Part shown: piece after piece, positions 1 through 13,389 of the stretch
Layout of the letters: each line of letters begins with the position of its first letter
Numbering within the stretch: position 1 is the first letter of the stretch
DNA from: the human T2T-CHM13v2.0 reference genome, Homo sapiens
Strand: one strand, 5' to 3'
Assembly: GCF_009914755.1 (NCBI RefSeq)
Contig: NC_060947.1
DNA: 64,000 bases
The notes under the pieces: generated by a model
What the model saw: the letters and a program-made list of their open reading frames with translations, nothing else
Database searches by the model: none
What the model was told of the DNA's origin: nothing
Program-made: the position numbers and the translations under genes

Positions 1-1160
1 GTTCCGTATAGATTTTGAATATTAGACATTTATCAAATACATAGTTTACTAATATTTTCTTCCATTATGTAGGTTGTCTGTTTACTCTGTCGATAGTTTG
101 TTTTGCTGAGCAGAAGCTCTTTAGTTTAATTAGGTCTCACTTGTCAAATTTTTTGTTGTTACAATTGCTTTTGAGGACTTAGTCATAATTTTTTTTTCCC
201 CAAGGCTGATGTCTAGAATGGTATTTCCTAGGTTTTCTTCTAGGGTTTCCATAGTTTTAGGTCTTAAGTCTTAAGTCCATTTTGAGTTTATTTTTGTATG
301 TGATGAGAGGAAGTGGTCCAGTTTTAATGATCTGCATATTGCTAGCCAGTTATCCCAGCACAATTTATTGAATAGGGAGTCCTTTTCCCATTACTTTTTC
401 TTGTCAACTTTGTCAAAGATCAGAAGGTTGTAGATGTACAGCTTTATTTTTGTGTTCTCTAACTTGTTCCATTGGTCTATGTGTCTGCTTTTTCTTGTTG
501 TTTTTTGTTTGTTTGTTTGTTTGTTTGTTTTACCAGTATCATGCTGTTTTGATTACTGTAGACTAACAAAGCTTTTTGAAGTCAGATACCGTGATGCCTC
601 TGGCTTTGTTCTTTTTGCTTAGGATTGCCTTGGTTATTCGGTCTCTTTTCTGCTTCCATATGAAATTTAACATAGTTTTTTTTTCTAATTCTGTGAAAAA
701 TGACACTGGAAGTGTTGTAGAAATAGCATTGAATCTGTAAATTGCTTTGGGCAGGATGGCCATTTTCACAATATTGATTCTTCCTGTCCATGAGCATGTA
801 ATGTTTTTCTATTTGTTCGTGTTGTCTCTGATTTCTTTCAGCTGGGTTTTGTAATTCCCATTGTAGATTTCTTTCACCTCCCTGGTTAGCTGTATTCCTA
901 GGTATTTTATTATTTTTGTGGATATTGTAAATGAGATTGCATTCTTGATTTGGCTCTCCGCTTGGACATTGTTGGTGTATAGAAATGGTACTGATTTATA
1001 TACATTAATATTATACCCTGAAACTTTATTTAAGTTGTTTATCAGTTCTAGGAGCTTTCACACAGAAACTATGGAGTTTTTAAAAGTAGAGAATCATACC
1101 ATCTGCAAAGAGAGATTGTTTGATTTCCTCTCTTTCTTCCTATTTTGATGACTTTTATTT
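1..1160 (-). mobile_element. L1 (L1PB/old L1PA-type) ORF2 3' portion, decayed; runs off the window start
   Basis: Minus-strand ORF 563..769 [14 protein letters not shown]...FFTELEK...[22 protein letters not shown] is L1 ORF2p; many stops and frameshifts. Confidence 0.93.
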
Positions 1161-1370
1161 GAAATAATTTTAGAATTATAAGTAGCAAAACTAGTACAGT
1201 GAGTTTCCAAATACCCTTCCTCAGATTTCCCCAAAGAGTATATCTTACATAAACATAGTGCATCATCAAAACCAAGAAATTGATGATTTTTGTACCACAT
1301 TACTATACTTAGTAACTATACCTAATTTGGATTTGGAATTCACTTGTAGATTTTTGGGGGAAGAATTGTG

Positions 1371-1517
1371 CTTTTTGTTTGTGTTTTTGTTTTGTTTTTG
1401 ACTGGGTCTCACTTTGTTGTCCAGGTTCACTACAGCCCCAAAGTCCTGGGCTCAAATGATCATACTACCTCATCCTCCAAGTAGCTAGGACTAGAGGAAC
1501 ATGCCACTGTGCCTGGT
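1371..1517 (-). mobile_element. Alu monomer (FLAM/FRAM/AluJ-like)
   Basis: T-rich tail, then gggtctcactttgttgtccagg...tcctgggctcaaatgatc...gtagctaggacta...ccactgtgcctgg. Confidence 0.8.
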
Positions 1518-1973
1518 TCCATGGATTTTCCTAGTGGCTTTACATGAGATCTTTTGCATGTTTGCATATATGTATGTGTGTACGTCTATGAAATTTTATC
1601 TTAAGCAAAAATTTGTGTAATCACCATCATAATTAGAATACAAACAAATTATTAATTCATATTGCTATGGACTCAAGAGATATTTATTTTGGCCTTTGGG
1701 ATATAATATTATCATTATCCAGTTTTGTCTATTGGACACTCTTTTGGGGTAACTACTATGTCCTTATGACATACTACCATCTGTTGTTTTAAACGCTTTC
1801 TTACTGCATGGTACCAAGATAATTCTGTATTTTTCCTACCCCAGCTCTAGAATTAACCATTTCTCCAAAGATCACTGTTTCCCTTTACTGGTGAGTGGTA
1901 TTTAGAAACCATGACCTCTGTGCTTGTTGTACTATTGCTATTGAGTTATCCCTCTTTCTGGAACCTCTAGAAA

Positions 1974-2150
1974 TATCTATGTATATGTATATGTATACGT
2001 ATATGTATATGTACATGTATATGTATGTATATATGTATGTATATACATATACATATATACACACTAACCCATGTATAACACAGCTCTATATTTATCTCTG
2101 TATCTATCTTTCCACATACACACAAATGCATATATATATATAGAGAGAGA
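1974..2150. repeat. Degenerate (TATG/TA/CA)n microsatellite
   Basis: Directly visible; explains the YMYMY/IHIH ORFs. Confidence 0.9.
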
Positions 2151-3099
2151 GATTTGTCCAACCCCATTATATACATAAAGTAGTTTCAGAATTGCTAACC
2201 CACAAACATAAAAAAAAAAAAAACAAGCTTGATTAACTTTTAAAAAATGCTTCCAGGTGGTATAGAAATACTAAATTAATTTACACTAAGATATTACTAA
2301 TTAGTGGCCACTTTGGCAGGGATAGCAGACAGCAATATAAATTGATAGGGTTTTGGTTGAAAAATGACATGGCTGGGAAAGATGAAGAAAAGGGCACAGA
2401 AAGGCAGAGAAAAATGCTGCCTCTTTCCTGTTTTGACTAAGGCAGAAATTTGATCATGTGGCTCTCACAGTATGGCAACTCCTAAACTCTCCATCTCTGT
2501 GATACCAGCCCAGTTAAAGAGAGCTGAGGATAAATACCTGGCTTCTGGAAAAACATATGGCATGGTAGTGAGTAGTAGATGTTAAGCTATATATCTTTCT
2601 ATGGTACTTTGGCTGCCCTGGCACCTTTGATTTGCATCAAACAGAGATGCTTTGGCATTTGCTAAAGTATTGCTAGACTCATCCAGTGGCAGAACAATAA
2701 CAGAGGAATAATGAAAAGCAATAAACAATACTGTCAAACAACTTTTGGAAGGAAGATAGCAAGTACAAAAAAACAGCCAGAGACACATCCCCTAATTGTT
2801 ATTCCTGACAGTAACCAGGTTTCTGGGTGGATTAAGGTGGCAATAAATATTGAGGACAGGATCCTATGAATCTAATCTCCCCATGTCTTCCCCATCTTAG
2901 ACTTTCCTTTACAAATTTCAAGAGAGTAACAGAAACTTCAATGAACCCCAAATAAATAGTTTCTATTCTCATCGTCAAATGTCATATCCTATCCTCTCCC
3001 TCTATATATACTTTCAGGAAAACCTAGAACATTGCAAGAATATTTTTCGTTGTTAATTCATAAAGCAGTGTTGAAAAATACGTCCTTTTTGAATCATAT

Positions 3100-3185
3100 A
3101 CACTTGTGTTCAAATCTTGGATTAAATACCTTCTCCTAGCTCCCTGAAATTCATTAAGCTTCAGTTTCCTATCTGTAAAATATCT
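3100..3185 (+). mobile_element. MIR fragment
   Basis: gttcaaatcttgg...ttaagcttcagtttcctatctgtaaaa (MIR core). Confidence 0.55.
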
Positions 3186-3199
3186 TCCTCCTATCATGG

Positions 3200-3632
3200 G
3201 AGAGACTGGCTAGATGCTAACCAGTCCCATTTCATCTACATGACCACAGAGGAAGACTATATTTCCTAGCCTCTTTTGAAATTAAGTTGTAGAATTTGAT
3301 TGAGTTCTGGCCAATGCAATATGGACAGAAATGATGTGTACCACATGCAGGCCTGGACATAAAACAACCCACATGATCCTCCATGTTCATTCTTGGCTTG
3401 TTGGCTAGCAAAAGGCAGAGGATCTAGCATAGCATTCTGAGAAAGTCTTATATAAGGGGCGATTACTAAATACACAGAGCCTGTGTCCCTGAGTCACTCT
3501 TTGGAAAACTCTGTGGAAAGGCAGTCATCAATATCTGAATAGACTGAGATATGAGAGAAAAAGATACTGTATTATGCCATGAAAATTGTAGAATTATTAC
3601 ATTAGCTCATATTAATTGCCCTGATTAATACA
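3200..3632 (+). mobile_element. Old MaLR solo LTR (MLT1H-K-like)
   Basis: gagttctggccaatgcaatatggacagaaatgatgtgtaccac...gcctgg motif; ends ccctgattaataca. Confidence 0.55.
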
Positions 3633-4823
3633 TATTTTATTATTCAATAACTATTATAGGTAAAGCAACTACCACAGTACCTGACACATAGTAAGGGCTT
3701 AACATCTGTTGAGGCAATTTAAGTATAATCTGACATAAAATGTATACCCACAGGAAACAAAAGTTAATTCAAAGTGTGTGTGTTTATTGAGCACGGACAA
3801 TGAAGTTTTAACATCCCCTAATTTTTTCTCCTGCTTCTTTTATTTTTCACTTTTTCATATGGAAATAACTGGTGATGTCTATTTCTAAATTATTTTATTT
3901 TACTTTTATAAATTTAGATTTCCAGTGCATAAATTTTCATGTTTCCTATTTAATATACATTTTATTTCCTAAAATGTGGGGAACACTTGGGAAGATAGGG
4001 ACCTGTTTTTTTACCTGGACTCCAGAGGAATTTTAACTAACTCTAGGTCAGATCAGGCCCTTTTCTCGTTACCTCTTAAGCATTATCAAACATAGCTTTA
4101 TCTAACCATGGTTTTATCTCCAGCCTTCGGGTAGAAATTTCTTTTCTAATTGCCCTAGGTTAATATCATATAGCAAAACACTGACTAGAGTGGATACATC
4201 ACTCTAACATTTCATACTAGTTTGACTGCAAAAGGCGTTGAAGTTCTTCTCGCCACCAGGCATAAGTGCTTCAGACTCAGAAATCATTTATGTAACTGCT
4301 TTTGTTGATAGAGGTTTCTGAAGTCATCCCTCATAGATTTCAATTCTCTTCTTTCAGAGATACTTTTTTCTTCTTTCTCCAAGGCAGAAGGAAAAGAAAG
4401 AAAGTCACCAAGCCTACACTACCTAAAAACTAAAGTTTCTTCAGCCACTGTATCTTCTTTTTTTCATAGAACCATCAAAGGTTTTGTTATTTGGGTTTGC
4501 ACCTGGAATGGATGACGAGACCCACTTAAAATTATTCTATACAGGCAATTCTCTTAACAGTGCCAAAGCACAGAATTGTGATGCCTTAGTAATTGAAAAA
4601 TTGCCTGGTGAGAGACTTTCAAAAGTCTACATCTGCTGAGGTTTTCATCTGTGAGAAGGAAAATATCTTCATTACTAAATAAACATTGAAGCAAAACTGA
4701 GAGGCAAAATAATATATGGGCTTTCAGGTTATAAGTCATCAGTTCTGATTGTTCAATGCACCACTTGTTGATTTTACCTATTCATAAAAGAGGTGCATTA
4801 AAACATTCCCTGAGTACTTTACA

Positions 4824-5312
<489 letters not shown>

Positions 5313-6452
5313 CTTTACTCCACCCTCTATGAACACAGGGACTCTCCAAGGTGTTCACCATCATAACTGTTGAAACTAGCCCATTTCTTTTTAAAAAATT
5401 TTTTACCATTAATTTTTGTGGGTACATAGTAGGTGCATATATGTACAGAGTACATGAGATACTTTGATACAGGCATGCAGTATTTAATAATCACATCAAG
5501 GTAAATGGGGTATCCATTATCTCAAGCATTTATACTTTGTGTTACAAACAATCCAGTTATACTGTTATAGTTTAAAATGTACAATTAAATTATTACTGAC
5601 CAGGTCACCCTGTTGTACTATCAAATACTAGGTCTTACTCATTCTTTCTACTTTTCATACACATTAACCATCCCCACTTATTCTGACAACCCAACTACCC
5701 CACCAAGCCGCTGATAACCAGACTCCTACTCTCTATCTCCATGAGTTCAATTGTTTTAATTTTTAGCTCCCACAAATAAGTGAGAACATGCAAAGTTTCT
5801 CTTTCTGTGCCTGCCTTATTTCTCTTAACCTAATGACCTCCAGTTCCATCCATGTTGATGTAAATGACTGGATATCATTCTTCTTTACGGCTGAATTGCA
5901 TGCCATTGTGTATATGTATTAATACCACAGTTTATCAATTCGTCAGTTGATACTTAGGTTGCTTTCAAATCTTGGCTAGTGTCAATAGTGCTGCAACAAA
6001 CATGGGAGAACAGATATCTCTTTGATATACTGATTTCCTTTATTTTGGGCACATACCTGGCAGTGGGATGGCTGAATCATATGGTAGCTCTATTTTTAGT
6101 GTTTTGAGAAAACTCCAAACTGTTGTTCACAGCTGTTTGACTAATTTACTTTTCCACCAACATTGTATGAGGGTTCTGTTTTCTCCATATTTTGCCAGCA
6201 TTTGTTATTGCCCGTCTTTTGATAAAAGCCATTTTGAATAGGATGAGATGATATTTCATTGTGGCTTTGATTTGCATTTTTCTGATGACCAATGATGTTG
6301 AGCACCTTTTCATATGCCTAATGCCATTTGTATGTCTTCTTTTATGAAATGTCTATTCAGATTTTTTGCTCATTTTTTGATCAGATTATTAGATTTTTTC
6401 CTATAGAGTTGAGTTCCTTATATATTCTGGTTATTAATCTCTTGTCAGATGG

Positions 6453-8109
6453 TGATATGGTTTGGCTGTGTCTCCACCCAAATCTCATCTTGAATTGTAG
6501 TTCCCATAATCCCCACGTGTCATGGGAGGGAACTGGTGGAAGGTAATTGAATTATAAGGGCAGTTATCTCCATGCTGTACTCATGATGGTGCGTTTTCAC
6601 AAGATATGATGGTTTTATAAGGGGCTTTCCTCCACCTTTGCTCTGCCCTTCTCCTTGCTGCCCTCGTGTAAAGAAGGATGTGTTTGCTTCCTCTTCCACC
6701 ATGATTGTAATTTTTCTGAGGACTCGCCAGCCATGCTGAACTGTGAGTCCATTAAACCTCTCACCTTTATAAATTACTCATTCTCAGGTATGTCTTTATT
6801 AGCAATGTAAGAATGGACAGTAAATTGGTACCAGGTAGTGGATCACTACTGTAAAGATACTCAAAAATGTGAAGTAACTTTGGGACTTGGTAACAGGCAG
6901 AGGTTGGAACAATTTGGAGTTTTCTAGTCTCAGAAGAAGAGAGGAAAATTTATGAAAGTTTGAAACTTCCTAGAGACTTGCTGAATGGCTTTGACCAAAA
7001 TGCTGATAGTGATATGGACAATAAAGTTCAGGCTGAGGTGGTCTCAGATGGAGATGAGGAAATTGTTGGGAACTGGAGCAAAGATCACTCTTGTTATGCT
7101 TTAGCAAAGAGACTGTTGGAATTTTGCCCCTGCCCTAGAGATCTGTGGAACTTTGAAATTGAGAGAGATGATTTATGGTATCTGGCAGAAGGAATTTCTA
7201 AGCAGCAAAGCATTAAAGAGGTGACAGAGCATAAAAGCCTGCACCATGCTCCTGGAAAAGCTGCAGACATTCACCGCCAACCTGTGAAAGCAACCAGGAG
7301 GGGGACTGTACCCTGCAAAGCCACAGGGGCAGAGGTGCCCTAGGCCATGGGAGCCCACCTCTTGCATCAGTGTGATCTAGATGTGAGACATGGAGTCAAC
7401 GGAGGTCATTTTGGAAGCTTAAAGAGTTGACCGCCTCGCTGGATTTCAGACTTGCATGGGGACTGTAGCCCCTTTGTTTTGGCCAATTTCTTCCATTTGG
7501 AAGGGGTATATTTACCCAATGCCTGTACCCCCATTGTATCTAGGAAGTAACTAACTTACTTTAGATTTTACAGGCTCATAGGCAGAAGGGATTTGTCTTG
7601 TCTCAAATGAGACTTTGGACTTGGACTTTAGAGTTAATGCTGAAATAAATTAAGATTTTGGGGGACTGTTGGAAAGGCATGATTGTGTTCCAAAATGTGA
7701 AGACATGAGATTTGGGAGAGGCCAGGGGTGGAATCATATGGTTTGACTGTGTCGCCACCCAAATCTCATATTGAATTGTAGTTCCCATAATCCCCACATG
7801 TCATGGGAGGGACCCAGTGGGCGGTAATTGAATCACGGGGGCAGTTATTTCCATGCTGTTCTCATGATAGTGAGTGAGCTCTCACGAGATCTGATGCTTT
7901 TATAAGAGACATTTCCCTGCTTCACTCAGCACTTCTCCTTGCTGCCCACATGTGAAGAAGGACATGATTGCTTCCCCTTCTGCCATGATTATATGTTTCC
8001 TGAGGCCTCCCAAGCCATGTGGAACTGTGAGTCAATTGAACCTCTTACTTTTATAAATTACCCAGTGTTGGATATGTCTTTATTAGCAGCTTTAGAATGG
8101 ACTAATACA
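6453..8109 (+). mobile_element. THE1C-like MaLR provirus (5'LTR 6453-6819, internally deleted body, 3'LTR 7734-8109)
   Basis: tgatatggtttggctgtgtc...actaataca termini; purine tract before the 3'LTR; 5-bp TSD gatgg/gatga; internal ORF LPRDLLNGFDQNADSDMDNKVQAEVVSDGDEE. Confidence 0.95.
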
Positions 8110-8237
8110 GATGAATAGTTTGCAAATATTTTCTCCCATCCTGTGAGTTGCCTCTTCACTTTGTAGATTGTTTCCTTTACTGTGATGAATATTTTTAATT
8201 TGATGTGATCCCATTTGTCCACTTTGGCTTTGGTTGC

Positions 8238-8240
<3 letters not shown>

Positions 8241-8276
<36 letters not shown>

Positions 8277-8376
8277 CACATATATATGTACAGATATATA
8301 TATACACACAGATATATATATATACACTATACACACACATATATATACACACACAGATATATATATATACACACAG

Positions 8377-8423
<47 letters not shown>
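8241..8423. repeat. Compound (TA)n/(CA)n microsatellite
   Basis: Directly visible. Confidence 0.95.
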
Positions 8424-8424
<1 letters not shown>

Positions 8425-9445
8425 CTCTGAGATTTTGGTGCATCCAAAATATATCCCTCAGCTTTTGGTTGTCTTGGAAAGTCTTTATTTCTCCTTCATG
8501 CTTGAAGAGTATTTTTCATAGATATACTATCCTAGTGTAAAAGTATTCTTTCCTTCAGAACTTTAAACATATCATGCCACTCTCTACTGGCTTGTAAGGT
8601 TTCCACTGAAAAGTCGGCTGCCAGACCTAGTGGAACTCCATTGTATGTTATTTGTGTCTTCTGTCTTGCTGCTTTTAGGATCCTTTCTTTATCCTTGTCT
8701 TTTGGGAGTTTGATTATTAAATGCCTTGAGGTAGCCTTCTTTTGGTTAAACCTTCTTGGTGTTCTATCACTTTCTCATACATAGATATTGATATCTTTCT
8801 CTAGGTTTGGGGAGTTCTCATTATTATCCTTTTGAATACCCTTTCTACCCCTATTTCTTTCTCTACCTCCGGTTTAAGGCCAATAACTCTTACATTTGCC
8901 CTTTTGAAGCTATTTTCTAGATCTGGTCAATGTGCTTCATTATTTTTTATTTTTTTCTTTTGCCTTTCTGACTATATTTTCAAATAGCCTGTCTTTAAGC
9001 TCGCTAATTCTTTCTTGTGCTTGGTCAGTCCTGTTATTAAGAGACTCTAATCCATTCTTCAGTATTTCAATTGAATTTTTAGCTCTAGAGTATCTTCTTG
9101 ATTCTTTTTAAGTATTTCAATCTCCTTGTTAAATGTATCTGATAGAACTCTGAATTCCTTCTCTGTGTTATCTTGAATTTCTTTGAGTTACTTCCAAACA
9201 GCTATTTTGAATTCTCTCCCTGGATGGTCACATATCTCTGTTTCTCCAGGATTGATCCCTGGTACATTATTTATTTCATTTGGTAAGGTCATATTTTCCT
9301 GGATGGTCTTGATGCTTATGGATGTTTGTTAGTGTCTGGGCATTGAAGAGATAGGTATTTATTGTAGTCATCACAGTCTGGGCTTGTTTGTGCCTGTCTT
9401 GAGAAGGCTTTCCAGGTATTCAAAGGGCTATAGGCTCCAACCCTA

Positions 9446-9780
<335 letters not shown>

Positions 9781-10914
9781 AAGACTTGAGCTGTACCATC
9801 TTGGTGGTCTTGGATAACATCCAAAAGAATTCCCAGGATTACTAGGCAGGAACTCATTTTCTTCCCTTACTTTCTCCCAAACAAATGGAGTCTCTCTTTC
9901 TGCTGAGCTGCCTGTATTAGGGGGTGTCATGATGCAAGCACCCCTGTGGCCACCACCATTTGGACTGTGCTGGGTTATTTCTGAAGCCAGCAGTGGATCT
10001 CACCCAAGGCCCACTGTAACCATTACCTGTCTACCACCTATGTTTGTTCAAGGCCCTAAGGTTCTATAATCAGTGGATAGGGAAGCCAGCTAGGTTAATG
10101 TCCTTTCCTTCAGGCTGGCAAGGTCCCCAGGCCCAGGCGTGTCCAGAGATGCTGTTTGAGAGCCAAGGTTTGGAGTCAAAAACCTTAGAAATCTACCTGG
10201 TTTCTATTCTACCACATCTTAACTGGCCCTCAAACCACAAGACAAAGTCGCTCTCCCTCTTCCTTCCCTTTCCATGGGCAGAGGAACCTCTCCCAGCTGC
10301 CACAACTACCAGCCCAAAGTGAGTACTGCCAGGCCAGTACCAATGTTCACTTAAAGCCCCAGGACTGTTCAGTCAGACTCTGATGAATGCTGCCAGGCCT
10401 GGGGCCCACTCTTCAGGGCAATGGTCTCCGCTCTGGCCGAGGGCAGGTCCAGAATTGCTCTCCAAGAGCCTAGGCCTGGCTCCAGGACCCCAAGATCCTG
10501 CTTGCTGCTCTATCCCACTGTGGCTGAGCTGGCACCTAAGGTGTAAGACAAAGTCCTCTTACTTTCCCTCCTTCTTTTTTCAAGCAGAAGGAGTCTTTCT
10601 CCATAGCTACCACTATTTGGAACATGCTGAGTCTCACCTGAAGCCAGCACATCTCAGAGTCTCACTCAAGGCCCATGGCATACTATTTGAGTATGGCTGA
10701 TGGTTATTTAGGGCCGAAGGGCTCTTTAGTCAGCAGGTGATGAATCCTGCAAGGACTGGGTCCTTTTATTCAAGGCACCAAGTTCCCTTCTGGTCCAAGT
10801 TGTGTCTAGAAATGTCATACAGGAGCTAGAGTGATTTTGATTTAGGCTAAAGTTTAAGGCTTACCACCTTAGAAATTGCTGTACTGTGAAGATAAAGCAA
10901 TACACTTAAAGATG

Positions 10915-11170
10915 ATGGTGATAATAATATCAAATACTTCTTAAATACTTACTATGGTCCAGGCACCATGCTAATCACTCTAAATAAATTAGGTTATTTA
11001 ATCATCACAGTAGCCACAATGAGTATTTATTATTATTATTAATTATTACTGTCCCTCATTAAAGATGAAGAAACTTAGGGGTGAAGTCATTTGTCCAAGT
11101 TCAGATAGCTAGTTCATAGAAATCACAACTCCAAACCAAGTATGCCTCTAAAGAACAGTCTTCTAACCAA
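10915..11170 (-). mobile_element. MIR
   Basis: tacttactatggtccaggcaccatgctaa...aagatgaagaaacttagggg...atttgtccaag...agctagt. Confidence 0.8.
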
Positions 11171-13389
11171 TATAATATATATCATGTTGTTTGTCTATGA
11201 AATTCCTAAAAATGTTCAATTCTAATTCCAAATCAGCATCTGTCTTCAGGGCCTGGTAGTGCCAAAGCATTTAATCTGGATATAGGGTTACTCAACACAG
11301 GAGTTGAGTTTCTCAAAGGCTGTATATAAATCAGCATTCTTAATATTCTGTTGACTTTATTATAACTCTCTTACAGGTTATATTTCTACTCTTCAGTTCA
11401 TAGTGGTCCCAAACTCTTGCCACTTTCAATATTTCTGCCCATCATCTTTTCTAACATTTAATAATCTGTAAATAAATGTAGAGATACACTATGGAGTTCG
11501 AGAGACATTTTATAATTCCTCAGTCAAGTGAATAAGACTAAAATGCAAATAACGACCTCTTACTTGTCAAATATCTGTTGTTCATAAAGCTGAGCATTGC
11601 TTTATAATATCTTTTGAAAAATTATAAAAGGTCAAAAAAAATACTAGAATAGATTAATTTTGCTCACATCCCGGCACAACAGAACTATATAAAAAGCCTT
11701 TCAGAAATGAAGCTTACACTCATCCTTTAGCAGTTTACGAGCATTTAGTCATTCTGCAAGTGAGAAGTATGAGGAAAATTGTTTTTCTCTTTTAAAGGGT
11801 TAATGTGGCTGAGTGAGGGTTTGCGTTTCAGAGAGCTAGAAGACAGATAAATAACCTAAACATCTCAGGGGGAGAAAGTACTTTTTTTTTTTCTTCCCTT
11901 AATCCCATCAGTACCCTAAATGCCTATGCTGATGCACAACATTAACTTACAATACTGGGTTTGTCATTATAATTACACTGCAAAGGAGCCCTTCTCTTAG
12001 GCAGGGTCATACAGGCTGCAATGCAAAATAAGTAAGGGCAGCAGAACTCCTGAGAGGCTCCATTCATAAAGCAAGGGTAAGCATGAATGCAGCATTATTC
12101 TTTCTGGGAAAGTTCTGAAAAGGTTGACCTCAGTGGAATGGGTGCAAATTTGCATAATGCTTCATTTCCTTAGAGCAACTCAAGGGTTGGTAACCATTAC
12201 ATGAGGCCAAACATCACTGGAAAGATTAATGGAAGCGGGATATCATTACATCCAAATAGAGTGAAGTCATGCCAAGGTCACTGCAAGGTTTATTAAGAGA
12301 AAGATGTTTGCTCATTAGAAGGGGTGACTTGTCTCTCAGGCTAGCAGAGTTAATGGAAATGAATTGCACCTCACTAAATATTAAGCTGTCCAGTAAAGCT
12401 CCTTCATGTTAAGCAACATAATGGATAAGACATGGCATGGATGAGATTTGTAAAAACCTGCTGGTTTACATCTTTTGGCAAGGACCATGGTATGAAAATC
12501 CTTTAGCCAATTAAGAGTTATTTGTCCCTTTTGTTATCACAGCAAGGAAAAAAGAAAAGCACAAAAGCAAAAAGTACTAATTTTTACTTCAAGGTCCTGG
12601 CTCCAGTACTTTGTGTGAGTAGTGTATTGATAAATTGATTGACTGAGTTCCTTAATGCAGCATCAAAATAGTCTCAGGGGCTTAGATGGAAGTGAGATAC
12701 AGGACTTAACCCAAACAGCCTCAATGAAGTATCAATGAGCAGTTAGCCTTTAATAGGGAACAACCCCACAAAGATGTAAATGACTTTCTACAGAGAGAAT
12801 ATATTCTGATCATTGACTCCTCCTGCTTGTGCACCCAGGTCCTGGCTTAGAGTCAAAATGACAACTAATGATGCGTCTTCCCAACCAAATTTATAGGTGA
12901 TGAAGTTCAAGATGTGCCAGGGAGAGGAGAAAAACAAGCACGTAAAAGCACAAAAAGTTAGTATTTTGTAATGGAGAGAGTTTGTTGGTTTTGGATGAGG
13001 GTAATTACAATTAACTATATCTATCTATATAAAAGAACAGTAAAAGCCACACCTCTCCCTGTCTGCTGCCAGCTATCCAAAAACAGTTAATGTGACTTCA
13101 GGTTTCTCTGGTCAGATGCCCAGTTCTGGGCTTATGACAGGAGACTGCTGATAAAAGTGGCTTGGACACAAATCACTGCAATACTTAAGGGTCACCAGAT
13201 AGTCATGAACACTGAGATTCCCTATGTGCAATTCCTAGTCAAAGGCTCTGGTCTCTAAATGATGACTGATACAATATCTTATGAATTTGAATTAACCACA
13301 GGGCAAGTTCTGGTGGCTATTGTAGTTCAAAATGTAATTAAGATTTTTTTTTTCTAAAATTATCTTCTTATTTGTGTGCACAGAGGTGT

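Larger units (their letters stand above)
1153..2215 (-). mobile_element. Old L1 (L1MC/L1MD-like) 3'UTR relic, interrupted by an Alu monomer and a microsatellite
   Basis: ttttatttgaaataattttag...cccttcctcagatttcccc...atcaaaaccaagaaattga and ccccagctctagaattaaccatttctccaaag resemble L1MC 3'UTR consensus. Confidence 0.6.

Noticed and set aside
8058-8540. Multiple overlapping ORFs rich in YI/HT/CV
   Set aside because: Stop-free microsatellite translations
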